Origin: an uncultured Anaerolineaceae bacterium
Lineage (GTDB): Bacteria; Chloroflexota; Anaerolineae; Aggregatilineales; Phototrophicaceae
DNA: 58,617 bases
Direction of reading: 5' to 3'
NCBI GenBank assembly: GCA_964434365.1
Contig: CAYSVE010000001.1
Span: 4,013 to 62,629 of the forward strand
In this document: piece after piece, positions 35,968 to 45,516 of the stretch
Position numbering within the stretch: the first letter of the stretch is position 1
Layout: each line of letters begins with the position of its first letter
Translations under genes and position numbers: made by a program
The notes under the pieces: model-generated
Databases searched by the model: none
Told to the model about the DNA's origin: nothing
The model's input: only the letters and a program-made list of their open reading frames with translations

Positions 35968-36730
35968 GCGTCTTCTCGACCCGTTCGACGATCGACCAGA
36001 AGTCGCGCGTGACGGTGTGGCGCGGGTCGTACACGTACATGGTCACGCGCTGCAAAGCTGCCTCCTGTACCGTCACCGATTTACGCACGACTGGCCAAAG
36101 CAACTCGCCGTACTGCTCACCGAGGTAGGTCAAAATCGCGGCGTGTGAGTTGGTGTGCGCCTCGACCATATTCGGCACAATGCCGAGGATACGCGCCTTC
36201 GCAAGGTTGACTTGCGCGGCAGCTTCACGCACGTTTTCGGCGTGGCCGATGGTCGATGGAACGCCTTCGAGTGCGCTGGCGGCTTCGGTTTCGGTGGGCA
36301 GCAAAATGTAGTCGGTACCGGCGGTGATGGCCGCGTGTAGCAGCGAGGGCGTTGGCGCAGTATCGACGATGACGAAGTCGAAAATGCTCTCGATTTCGCG
36401 CACGCGCTTGAAGAAGCGGAGGTTGTCTCCGATGCTGGTAGCGATATTGCGCGATTCGACGTTGGATGGCACCAGGTAAAACTGCTGGTTTGCACCATAC
36501 ACTTCGCCAGGAACCTTGATGGTGGCGGTGCGCCAATCGCCGTTGCGCACCAGCAAATCATAGATTCGGGGTTCTTTGGCAAGCCCGAGGCTGCTGGTGG
36601 CGTTAGCCTGCGGGTCGGAGTCGATGAGCAACACCCGATAGCCTTTGATCGCCAGCCCTGATGCGATGTGCACGGCAAGGGTTGTTTTGCCGACACCGCC
36701 TTTTTCGTTGAGTAGTGTTATGACCTTCAT
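35960..36730 (-). CDS. parA: ParA/Soj family partition ATPase
   Basis: Deviant Walker A LNEKGGVGKTT, a DSDPQ motif, and a length of 256 aa. Confidence 0.9.
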   Translation of the reverse strand: MKVITLLNEKGGVGKTTLAVHIASGLAIKGYRVLLIDSDPQANATSSLGLAKEPRIYDLLVRNGDWRTATIKVPGEVYGANQQFYLVPSNVESRNIATSIGDNLRFFKRVREIESIFDFVIVDTAPTPSLLHAAITAGTDYILLPTETEAASALEGVPSTIGHAENVREAAAQVNLAKARILGIVPNMVEAHTNSHAAILTYLGEQYGELLWPVVRKSVTVQEAALQRVTMYVYDPRHTVTRDFWSIVERVEKTHE

Positions 36731-36798
36731 GCGGTTGAAATCACTCCTGTTGACTTCGCACTTGAACGCTCAACTGAGGCTCACGAAGCTGAGCAGCA

Positions 36799-37032
36799 TC
36801 AGATATAGCGATACTCGAATTTTAGCAAACGTTTGGGGGTTTCCACCCGGCGTATTTCGATGACATCGAATGCACTGAACATGTCGAGGTAAGCCACATC
36901 GGCTGCGCTGAGCTTGCGCTTGCCGATTGCGTAGGCGAGTTGGTCACGGTCGAGCCATTCACCGGGGGTGCTCCGCAACGTTTGGAAAAGCAAGTGGGCA
37001 CGCTCGGGTAGCTTGGCTTCTGCAAGTGTCAT
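36799..37032 (-). CDS. Small hypothetical protein upstream of parA
   Basis: 77 aa, co-oriented, 68 nt upstream of parA. The composition is balanced and a winged-helix-like fold is plausible. I recognise no family. Confidence 0.5.
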   Translation of the reverse strand: MTLAEAKLPERAHLLFQTLRSTPGEWLDRDQLAYAIGKRKLSAADVAYLDMFSAFDVIEIRRVETPKRLLKFEYRYI

Positions 37033-37138
37033 CTACATCCTCCTGAAGCTTGCTGTGCAATATCGTGATATTGCACGACCTTAGGGTACACCAGATTTTG
37101 GCTGGTGGCAACCATCTGGCACAATACGCCAATGTATC

Positions 37139-37164
37139 TATTATTACAACATAATGTAATAATA
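37139..37164. promoter_or_regulatory. Operator-like perfect inverted repeat
   Basis: TATTATTACA-acataa-TGTAATAATA has 10-bp arms. It lies in the AT-rich divergent region between the partition operon and the glycan operon. Confidence 0.5.
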
Positions 37165-37260
37165 TAAATAAATATGCCCTTGATGTTTACGGTCTTCATG
37201 GTGCACAAATCAACGCCATCTGCTAGAATACGACCCTGTTCACTGCCACTCGAGGGGGTT

Positions 37261-38919
37261 ATGTCCACGAACACATTTGTGCTGCAAGGTGACCACCTTT
37301 CGTGGCTCGATGCACCGTATCCTCGACAAACCCCAACGCAAACGCACACTGGCCACACCATCACGGCGTGGGTAATTGGCGAACTGCTGACCTATAGAGG
37401 GCAGTCGGAGAACTCACTGGCGCGCCTGGTTGCCGACTTCGAAGCAGACCGTGTGGACCTGCCATCTTTGAACGGGCGTTTCGTGTTGGTCATCAAAACC
37501 GAAGCCGAATGGCAGATCATCACCGATCGCGTGGGGTCGGCCCATGTTTACTACGCGCTGGATGACGACAAAATTTGTGCGGTGGGCAACGATCTCGCAG
37601 CAGTTGCTGCTTTATCCCCCCACGCTGACCTCGACTGGCTGGGGATTGCGTCCTTCTTCACATTTGGGTTTTTCCTGGACGATCGTACCTACTACGATCA
37701 CGTTCGTGTGATGTGGCCCGCCTCGGTTTATCGACTTTCGGCGGCGGGGGTGTTGCTGGGCCATGTACGCTACTGGACGTGGCACCACACCCCGGACACA
37801 ACACGCACGTATGACGAAACACTCGAAATCTACGATTCGCTTTTTCGGCAGGCGGTAGCGCGGTGTGCTACCAGCGAGCGCTTGCTCTTGCCGCTCTCGG
37901 GTGGTCTCGATTCGCGTTCGTTGGCAGCGGTGCTGCCGGGTACCGCACAGACTTTCTCCTACGGATACACCCAGCCATCCGTCGAAACGCGCATCGCATC
38001 GCAGGTGGCGCGGGCGGCTAATCTGCCGTACACCGAATTCGTGATGCCAGCCTACTTGTTCGATCATCTGCCGGAAATTGTACGGGCCTTACACGGCGCG
38101 CAGGATGTCACGCAGGCGCGCCAAACCAGCGTGTTCGAGTGGATGCAAGCGCAGGGCGAGGTGGTGCTGACGGGACTGTGGGGCGATGTGTGGTGCGACC
38201 AGATGGGCCTCGCCGATGGCCTGCCCGCTGGCTACGACTTCGAGGCGTACGCCTTCAAAAAGTTGGCGAAGCGCGGGCACGACTGGCTGCTAGACAATGT
38301 CGTCGCGCAGCATCTGCCCAACGCCTGCGATGTACTGAAGCAGCACCTCGCCGATGGCATCGCGGAGTTCGCATCCATCGTCGATGACGACTTTCGCCTG
38401 AAGGCCTACAAGACCTCACGCTGGGCGTTCCGCTGGTCCAACGCCAGTTTGCGCGGCCATGCGATGGGCGCTGTGCCCCGAATCCCATACTACGATGTCG
38501 ACCTGATCGACTTTTTTTTGACGGTGCCCACCGCCTATGTGCGCGACCGACGCCTGCAAATCGATCATCTGAAGCGCTACGCACCGGCCCTGGCACAGGT
38601 CGCGTGGCAGCAGACCCGCAGTAGCTTGTTCACGGAGCAGTTTATCGACGCGCGCCGGTTTGCAGCAATCGCCCTCAACAAGCTCCAGCGGATGTTGCTT
38701 TCGGTGCCAAGTTACCAGCGCAACTGGGAGGTGCAGTTCTTTGCACTGGGCGGGCGCGAGCGGCTCACCGAGAGCCTGGGCGATCTGTCGGCGTTTGGGG
38801 TTCGGCAGGGGGCGGTCGAGGGGCTGCTGGCAGACCTATACACCAACCCGAACGCGCACAACGGCTACAGCGCGTCGCTTTTGTTGACGTTCGCCGCGTG
38901 GATGGAAACCAGAGCATAG
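37261..38919 (+). CDS. Asparagine synthetase B-family protein lacking the N-terminal Cys nucleophile
   Basis: The start was moved to ATG 37261 (RBS gaggggg). It has the PP-loop SGGLDSRS, begins MSTNTF rather than MCG, and is 552 aa long. Confidence 0.85.
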   Translation: MSTNTFVLQGDHLSWLDAPYPRQTPTQTHTGHTITAWVIGELLTYRGQSENSLARLVADFEADRVDLPSLNGRFVLVIKTEAEWQIITDRVGSAHVYYALDDDKICAVGNDLAAVAALSPHADLDWLGIASFFTFGFFLDDRTYYDHVRVMWPASVYRLSAAGVLLGHVRYWTWHHTPDTTRTYDETLEIYDSLFRQAVARCATSERLLLPLSGGLDSRSLAAVLPGTAQTFSYGYTQPSVETRIASQVARAANLPYTEFVMPAYLFDHLPEIVRALHGAQDVTQARQTSVFEWMQAQGEVVLTGLWGDVWCDQMGLADGLPAGYDFEAYAFKKLAKRGHDWLLDNVVAQHLPNACDVLKQHLADGIAEFASIVDDDFRLKAYKTSRWAFRWSNASLRGHAMGAVPRIPYYDVDLIDFFLTVPTAYVRDRRLQIDHLKRYAPALAQVAWQQTRSSLFTEQFIDARRFAAIALNKLQRMLLSVPSYQRNWEVQFFALGGRERLTESLGDLSAFGVRQGAVEGLLADLYTNPNAHNGYSASLLLTFAAWMETRA

Positions 38920-38921
38920 AC

Positions 38922-40136
38922 ATGCCCATACGTCTTTATATTTTGGGGTCGGTGTGGCCCGCAGAAACCTTTGTGATGCGCAAGCTGCTCGGCCTCGCCG
39001 ATGCGGGCGTGCTCGTGACGATTTTCACGCGCGATGTCGGTGACGGTGACAGCAGGCATCGCAACATTGGGCTGCTGCAAATGCCCGTTGTGCAGCCAAA
39101 ATACCCCGCGCGGTCAATCATCAACATGACCGGTGAAACGCTCGGCAAACCGGGCGCGATCCGTGCCACCTGGCCCGATTTCGCTGAGATTGCCGATGCC
39201 CGTGTGCGCATGGCGCAGGTGCTTAAATTTTTGACGTTGCGTGCACAACCACCGGGCATTATCCATTTCGAGTGGAACGGACCCGCAATCCATTACATGC
39301 CCATGGTTCGGCAGCTCGGTTGGCCCAGCGTGGTGAGTTGCCGAGGGTCTCATGTGAATGTTGCCCCCCATGATATTAGCCATATGAAGGCCAACCCCAC
39401 CTACACCGCAGACCTCGCCGCGAGTTTTCGGTTGTCGGCGGCGGTACACTGCGTGAGCGAGGACATCGCGCAGGAGGCGCAGCAATACGACCTCGACCCG
39501 GCCAAAATCCGCGTGATACGCCCGGCGGTGGACCCGGATATGTTCACACCGGCGCAGGTACGCAAACCGAATGATCGCTTCGAGATTATGATCGTCGGGA
39601 GCTTGATGTGGCGAAAGGGGCATGAGTATGCCCTGACTGCGCTGCGAAAGTTGGTCGATGCCGGTATCGACGCTCACTTGACGATTATCGGTAGTGGGCG
39701 CACGCGTGACCGGGTGCTGTACGCGATCCACGATTTGGGTTTGCAAAACCATGCGACACTCATCGGTCGGGTGCCGCCTGCCGAGGTGGTCGCGCGGTTG
39801 CAACAGGCCGATTTGTGCCTGTTGACGAGCCACAGCGAGGGCATTTCCAACGCAGCCCTTGAGGGTATGAGTTGTGGCCTGCCGATCGTTACGACGGACT
39901 GTGGCGGCATGCGTGAGGTCGTACGCGATGGCGTGGAGGGGTTCCTCGTGCCGCTTTACGACACAGACGCGCTCGCCGACCGGATGCGGCGCATCGCCGA
40001 GGATGACACGATGCGCCAGCGGATGGGCGAGGCCGCGCGGCAGCGCATTCTGGAGCAGCACACACTGAAGGGTCAAATCGATGCGTTCCTTGATCTGTAC
40101 CGGTCCTTGATGCCAGCGGAGGAAGCAACCGCGTGA
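38922..40136 (+). CDS. GT4 family glycosyltransferase
   Basis: The start was moved to ATG 38922, 2 nt after the previous stop. It has the GT4 C-terminal motif SHSEGISNAALEGMSCGLPIVTTDCGGMREVV. Confidence 0.85.
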   Translation: MPIRLYILGSVWPAETFVMRKLLGLADAGVLVTIFTRDVGDGDSRHRNIGLLQMPVVQPKYPARSIINMTGETLGKPGAIRATWPDFAEIADARVRMAQVLKFLTLRAQPPGIIHFEWNGPAIHYMPMVRQLGWPSVVSCRGSHVNVAPHDISHMKANPTYTADLAASFRLSAAVHCVSEDIAQEAQQYDLDPAKIRVIRPAVDPDMFTPAQVRKPNDRFEIMIVGSLMWRKGHEYALTALRKLVDAGIDAHLTIIGSGRTRDRVLYAIHDLGLQNHATLIGRVPPAEVVARLQQADLCLLTSHSEGISNAALEGMSCGLPIVTTDCGGMREVVRDGVEGFLVPLYDTDALADRMRRIAEDDTMRQRMGEAARQRILEQHTLKGQIDAFLDLYRSLMPAEEATA

Positions 40137-40185
40137 CATACCACGCACGGAGGGTTTGCATAATGGGTGGGCGGTGTATCGGCTG

Positions 40186-41412
40186 ATGCGCATCGTATTG
40201 GTGGTACCCCAATTTCCGAAGTTGTCGGAAACCTTCATCGTGAGTAAGTTCCTGGGCCTGTTGGCAAGCGGTAAGGACATGCACGTCGTGTGCCGGACGA
40301 GCAAACCAGCTGCCTGGGATATCTTCGCGCGGCTGCAAAACCGGCCAGACCTCCGCAAGCGCGTGCACATCACCTGGCCGGTGAACCCCCGTGTGATCGT
40401 CGGCCCACTGTTGGTGCTGGCACTGCTGCGCTGTTTGCTGCTCCGACCGCGCACAACGGTCACGTATCTGCTGCAAGGCTGGCGTCGCTTTGGGTTAACT
40501 GTGGCCCGACACTTCTACCTGGATCATTACTTTATATTGCTGAAGCCTGACGTGGTGCACGTCGAATTTGGGGCGTTGGCCGTAGATTACACGCACCTGC
40601 CCGAGTTGCTGGACTGCCAGCTTGTCGTGAGCTTCCGTGGGTACGACCTGAACTATGTTGCGCTCGATGAACCGGACTTCTACACGACGGTGTGGCGGAA
40701 CGCGTCGATTATTCATCTGCTGGGCGATGACCTGTGGCAGCGCGCGCTGCGCCGTGGCTGCCCGCCAGGTATGCCCCACGCGCTAATTTCCCCGGCCATC
40801 GATGTCGAGGCCTTCGACGCGGGGCAGCGAGACGCAACCGAGGTCGTGGGGTCGGCAACGCGGCCCCTACGCCTGTTGAGCGTTGGCCGCCTGGAGTGGA
40901 AAAAAGGCTACGAATTCGCCTTGTTGGCGGTGCGGTATCTCGTCGAAGATGGGCTGTGTGTGGAGTACCACATCATCGGCGATGGCGATTTTATGGTGGC
41001 CGTCTCGTTTGCACGGCACGCCCTCGGCCTCGAAGATGTCGTTCACTTCGACGGCTCGCAGCCGCCGGAGCAGGTGCAGGCGATGCTTCGCTGGGCGGAT
41101 GTGTTTTTGCACGCCGCTGTTTCCGAGGGGTTCTGCAATGCGGTGATGGAAGCGCAGTCGATGCAAGTGCCCGTCGTGACATCGGATGCCGATGGGTTGG
41201 CCGAAAATGTACGCGATGGCGTAACGGGGTATGTGGTGCCACGCCGAGACCCACGCGCACTCGCCGAGAAGGTGGCCGAGCTGGCCGCCGACCCAGACCG
41301 ACGCCTGCAAATGGGCCTCGCTGGCCGCGCACATGTGAAAGAGAACTTCACCCTGGATAAGCACATCAACCAATTTCTAGAGATGTATGACCGAATCAAA
41401 CGTGACCGTTGA
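40186..41412 (+). CDS. GT4 family glycosyltransferase
   Basis: MRIVLVVPQFP start; motif SEGFCNAVMEAQSMQVPVVTSDADGLAENV. Confidence 0.85.
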   Translation: MRIVLVVPQFPKLSETFIVSKFLGLLASGKDMHVVCRTSKPAAWDIFARLQNRPDLRKRVHITWPVNPRVIVGPLLVLALLRCLLLRPRTTVTYLLQGWRRFGLTVARHFYLDHYFILLKPDVVHVEFGALAVDYTHLPELLDCQLVVSFRGYDLNYVALDEPDFYTTVWRNASIIHLLGDDLWQRALRRGCPPGMPHALISPAIDVEAFDAGQRDATEVVGSATRPLRLLSVGRLEWKKGYEFALLAVRYLVEDGLCVEYHIIGDGDFMVAVSFARHALGLEDVVHFDGSQPPEQVQAMLRWADVFLHAAVSEGFCNAVMEAQSMQVPVVTSDADGLAENVRDGVTGYVVPRRDPRALAEKVAELAADPDRRLQMGLAGRAHVKENFTLDKHINQFLEMYDRIKRDR

Positions 41413-43054
41413 TCTCATCTGGCAGGGGCAGCGCGACGAAGCCCCTGCGTGGCCACTGGGTGCGGTTCATACCATCGAGCCGACCGTAGCCGACCTTCAC
41501 CGCGTGACGGCGGATTTCGCCCCGACGACCACTGCCGATGCGTGGTTGTTTTGGCACAGTGACCTGGGTCCGCCAGATGCAGAAATCATCGCGAAGACCC
41601 TACAAGGGCCGGGGCAGTGCTTCCATGCCGGGTTGGTGTTGGGCACCGCCGGGCTGCCCGGCACGCTCGATTTTGTTGCGCCGACGTGGATGCTCAACAG
41701 CGACCCCGCGCCGAACATCGAGGCGACATCGTGGCGCTTATCGTTGGCGGCGTGCCTGGCCAAAACGGATGTGATACAGACGTTGGGCACGGTAAACCCG
41801 GCATTCTCCTCTGTGGTAGGGGCGGGGTTGGATATGGGCCTGCGCTACGTGCAACGCGGTGTGCTCATCCGACACGTCCCGGCATTGCTGCCCGCAGCGG
41901 CGCACCTCAGCGAGCAAGCGACGCTACCGCTGGCCGACGACCTGCGGTTTATCCAGCAGAACTACGCCAAACATCAACTGCTGTGGACGCTTGGGCGTGT
42001 TGTGTTGAGCGGGTATGCCCCGCCGTGGGCGGTCATCGCAGGTTGGCGGGCCATCGGTGGATTTGGCAGCCGCATGTCGCAGGCAACCTACGCCGCCGCG
42101 ACGATTGCGCCGGATGATGTGTACGATGCGTCGGCGCGTGTCGCCGTGCTCATTCCCACCATCGACCGATACCCGTACTTGCGCACCTTGTTGGCGCAAC
42201 TGCGCGAGCAGCAACACCCTCCGCACCAAATCGTGGTTATCGACCAGACGCCGCCCGAGGTGCGCGACATGGCGATCGACACGGAATTCGACGACCTGCC
42301 GTTGATCTACCTTCGGCAGGATGAACCGGGGCAGTGCTCATCGCGGAATGCCGGTTTGGCGCGCATCAGCAGCGATTATATTCTGTTCCTCGACGACGAC
42401 GACGAGGTGCAACCGGACCTCATCGTGCGGCACTTGCAGAACTTGCACCGGCACGGGGCCGTTGTGTCCAACGGTGGGCAAGATGAACCCGAAGGGGGTC
42501 CCCCGCCGCCGAACTTCCGCCACACGCAGGTGAGTAGTATCTTCCCGACGAACAATACGCTGATGCAGCGCGATATTCTGGCGCAAACGGGGTTGTTCGA
42601 CCTGGCGTACAACAAGGGGCAACAGGCCGATGGCGACCTGGGGATGCGGGTGTATCACAGCGGGCAGTTGATGGTCTTCGAGCCGACGGTGCGGGTATTT
42701 CATCATCACGCGCCACGCGGTGGGCTACGTATACATGGTGCACGCGTCGTCACCCGGGCGATGAGCCGCGCGAGCTTGTTTCGGCGTCGGCTGCCGCACG
42801 TCACCGAGCTTTACCTTGCCAAGCGATACTTTAGCCCCCGCCAATTGCGCGAGTACTGCTGGTTGGTGGTGCGCGGCACGATGGTTTCGCATCAGGGGGT
42901 GGGGCACCGGGTGTTGCGGCTGGGCGCGGGCCTGCTGATGCTGCCGAACACGCTGCTCGAACTGCGCCGCCGCACACAAACCGCCGAGGCGATGTTGCAG
43001 GACTACCCGCAGATACCGCAGTTGCAGCCGTCATCGCAGGACACCACGCTATGA
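41387..43054 (+). CDS. GT2 family glycosyltransferase with extra N-terminal domain
   Basis: The GT2 core begins around residue 245 (VAVLIPTIDRYPYL, VVIDQTP, ILFLDDDDEV). I cannot assign the first ~240 aa. Confidence 0.8.
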   Translation: MTESNVTVDLIWQGQRDEAPAWPLGAVHTIEPTVADLHRVTADFAPTTTADAWLFWHSDLGPPDAEIIAKTLQGPGQCFHAGLVLGTAGLPGTLDFVAPTWMLNSDPAPNIEATSWRLSLAACLAKTDVIQTLGTVNPAFSSVVGAGLDMGLRYVQRGVLIRHVPALLPAAAHLSEQATLPLADDLRFIQQNYAKHQLLWTLGRVVLSGYAPPWAVIAGWRAIGGFGSRMSQATYAAATIAPDDVYDASARVAVLIPTIDRYPYLRTLLAQLREQQHPPHQIVVIDQTPPEVRDMAIDTEFDDLPLIYLRQDEPGQCSSRNAGLARISSDYILFLDDDDEVQPDLIVRHLQNLHRHGAVVSNGGQDEPEGGPPPPNFRHTQVSSIFPTNNTLMQRDILAQTGLFDLAYNKGQQADGDLGMRVYHSGQLMVFEPTVRVFHHHAPRGGLRIHGARVVTRAMSRASLFRRRLPHVTELYLAKRYFSPRQLREYCWLVVRGTMVSHQGVGHRVLRLGAGLLMLPNTLLELRRRTQTAEAMLQDYPQIPQLQPSSQDTTL

Positions 43055-44103
43055 CGAATCCATCCTCGACGGTACTCATCGTGGGCAATTTCATGTCTCG
43101 GTATAAGGGCACGCGTGGTGTCTGCGAAGACCTTGCAGACCGCCTCATGGGGCGCGGCTGGACGACCATCGATACGTCGAGCCGGAAAAACGCTCTCGCC
43201 AAGCTGGCCGATATGCTATGGACGACCTATCGGCATAAGGGGCGCTACGACGTCGCGCATGTAGAAGTCTACAGCGGGCGGGCGTTCATCTGGGCGGAGG
43301 CGACCTGCTGGTTGTTGCGCCGGCTGGGGAAGCCGTATGTGCTCACGCTGCACGGTGGCAACCTGCCATCCTTCGCGTCGCGGAATCCGGCCCGGATGCG
43401 TCGGTTGCTAGCGACGGCGGCTTACATCACCACGCCATCGCGCTATTTGTACGATACGATGCAGCCCTACGCCGAGAACCTGCGTGTGCTGCCGAATGCC
43501 CTCGATCTGTCGGCGTATACGTTTGTGCAGCGCACCGCCGCCACGCCGAAGCTGGTATGGCTACGCGCATTTGCCGAGGTGTACAATGTCACGCTGGCTG
43601 CGGAGGTTGTGGCGCGGCTGAAGGATGACTACCCGACACTTCAACTGTATATGATAGGGCCAGACAAACAAGATGGCAGCCTGGAGGCGTTCCAGGCGCG
43701 CGTGGAAGCCCTCGACATCGGTGAGCACATCACGATTGTTGGGCGGGTGCCGAAGGAAGCGGTGCCGACGTGGATGAACAAAGGGGATGTTTTCCTTAAC
43801 ACTACCAACTTCGACAACACGCCCGTAAGCGTGATGGAAGCAATGGCCGCCGGGTTGTGTGTGGTAAGCACCGATGCGGGTGGGTTGCCGTATCTGCTCG
43901 ACGACGGTGAGGACGCTTTGCTGGTACCGGTAGGCGATGCTGACGCGATGGCCGGTGCGGTGCGTCGTATTTTGGAAGACCCGGCTCTCGCGGAAACGTT
44001 ATCGAGGAAGGCCCGTGCCCGCGCCGAGCGCTTCGATTGGGCGTCGGTGCTGCCACAGTGGGAAGCGATACTGGTGGATATGTTGAAGGAGAACGTGTCA
44101 TGA
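43051..44103 (+). CDS. GT4 family glycosyltransferase
   Basis: 4-nt overlap with the previous gene; motif NTPVSVMEAMAAGLCVVSTDAGGLPYLL. Confidence 0.85.
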   Translation: MTNPSSTVLIVGNFMSRYKGTRGVCEDLADRLMGRGWTTIDTSSRKNALAKLADMLWTTYRHKGRYDVAHVEVYSGRAFIWAEATCWLLRRLGKPYVLTLHGGNLPSFASRNPARMRRLLATAAYITTPSRYLYDTMQPYAENLRVLPNALDLSAYTFVQRTAATPKLVWLRAFAEVYNVTLAAEVVARLKDDYPTLQLYMIGPDKQDGSLEAFQARVEALDIGEHITIVGRVPKEAVPTWMNKGDVFLNTTNFDNTPVSVMEAMAAGLCVVSTDAGGLPYLLDDGEDALLVPVGDADAMAGAVRRILEDPALAETLSRKARARAERFDWASVLPQWEAILVDMLKENVS

Positions 44104-45461
44104 GCGAAGTTCGAAGTTTGCCTGTGTGGTGGGTGCGTAACATTATTTTCCCGCTCTCCGATTTGCTCACAAAGCAGGCGATGATGCAGCGGCTGCGCTT
44201 CCTTGAGGAGGCGCAATGGTGGGACCGCGAACGGCTGCACGCGATGCGCGATGAACTCCTGCAAACGGCTATCCACGAGGCCTACGAGACATCCTTCTAC
44301 CGCCAGTTGATGGACGACGCAGGCGTTCGCTCCGCCGATATCCGCACACCGGAAGACCTCACCAAGCTGCCCGTCGTCACCAAGGATATGTTACGCGAGG
44401 GCAACCCCCGCCGCGAGACAGGCCGCAAGCTTTATGCCAAGCACACCTCCGGTTCCACGGGCAAGCCCTTCCGCGTGTGGGAGGACCACGTCACGGCGGG
44501 GTGGTTCCGCGCCTCGACGATGCTCAACTTCGAGTGGACGGGCTGGCAACCCGGTGTCCCGTACTTGCAGAGCGGCATCAACTTTCCACGCCGCTTCGAC
44601 CGTCGGGTGAAGGATAGTTTGCTGAATTGCCACTACTTTTCCTCATACGATTTAACCGACGAAAACCTGGACCAGATGCTCCAGGCTATCGACAAGCATA
44701 AACTCCAATACGCTTTTGGGTATCCCAGCGGTATGTATTTCCTCGCAAAGCGTGCCAGGGCACTGGGTTGGAACCAGCCCCTGAAGGCAATTTGCACCTG
44801 GGGAGATACCCTATTCCCGACCTATCAGCGGACAATCGAATCGGTGTTTGGGGCACCTGTTTATAACAAGTACGGTTGCGCCGAGGGGATGGAGATCGCG
44901 TCGCAGTGTGGCGATGTGATGCTGTTGAACACGCTCGATGTGATCGTCGAGTACGTCGATGATGATGGGCAACCGGTACCCTACGGCGAGTACGGGAATA
45001 TTTTGGTAACGCGGTTGCACGCGGGGGCTTTTCCGTTTGTGCGCTATCGCCTGGGTGACCTTGGCGTGCGCGCCGAGCCTGCCCCCGCCCCCGAAGGACG
45101 TGGCTTCGATGTATTTGGGCCGATTCGTGGGCGCATTACCGACAATGTCGTAACACCGGGTGGCAACCGGCTTATCGTGCACTTTTTCACTGGGGTGCTG
45201 GAGTATTTTACCGAGATCGATTCTTTCCAGATCGTGCAGAGTGAACCCGACCGTATCGTGTTGAATGTGGTGCCTGCTGAGGGCTTCGATAGCACTGTGG
45301 CGGCGCGCATGGTGCAAGCCCTACAGGATAAAGGGGCCGATATTCAAATCGATGTCGAAGCCGTATCTTCTATTCCATTGACGAAGGGCGGCAAGCATCG
45401 CTTTGTCATCAACCATTTGGAGGGCATGGCGGTCTCGATGGAAGCGGACGATCGCGCGTAG
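44100..45461 (+). CDS. Phenylacetate-CoA ligase / CapK / F390-synthetase-like adenylate-forming enzyme
   Basis: The start was moved to ATG 44100 (ATGA overlap with the previous stop). It has the AMP-binding motif HTSGSTGKPF and a C-terminal KGGKHRFV. Confidence 0.8.
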   Translation: MSEVRSLPVWWVRNIIFPLSDLLTKQAMMQRLRFLEEAQWWDRERLHAMRDELLQTAIHEAYETSFYRQLMDDAGVRSADIRTPEDLTKLPVVTKDMLREGNPRRETGRKLYAKHTSGSTGKPFRVWEDHVTAGWFRASTMLNFEWTGWQPGVPYLQSGINFPRRFDRRVKDSLLNCHYFSSYDLTDENLDQMLQAIDKHKLQYAFGYPSGMYFLAKRARALGWNQPLKAICTWGDTLFPTYQRTIESVFGAPVYNKYGCAEGMEIASQCGDVMLLNTLDVIVEYVDDDGQPVPYGEYGNILVTRLHAGAFPFVRYRLGDLGVRAEPAPAPEGRGFDVFGPIRGRITDNVVTPGGNRLIVHFFTGVLEYFTEIDSFQIVQSEPDRIVLNVVPAEGFDSTVAARMVQALQDKGADIQIDVEAVSSIPLTKGGKHRFVINHLEGMAVSMEADDRA

Positions 45462-45516
45462 GGGCGGCTAGCGTGTGGGTGGCTAATCATTTATTGCAGT
45501 TGAAGCGGAGAGTACC

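Noticed and set aside
39114-40476. 449-aa and 195-aa minus-strand ORFs
   Set aside because: They are antisense to two GT4 glycosyltransferase genes with clear motifs. Their composition is R/H/T-rich with no signatures.
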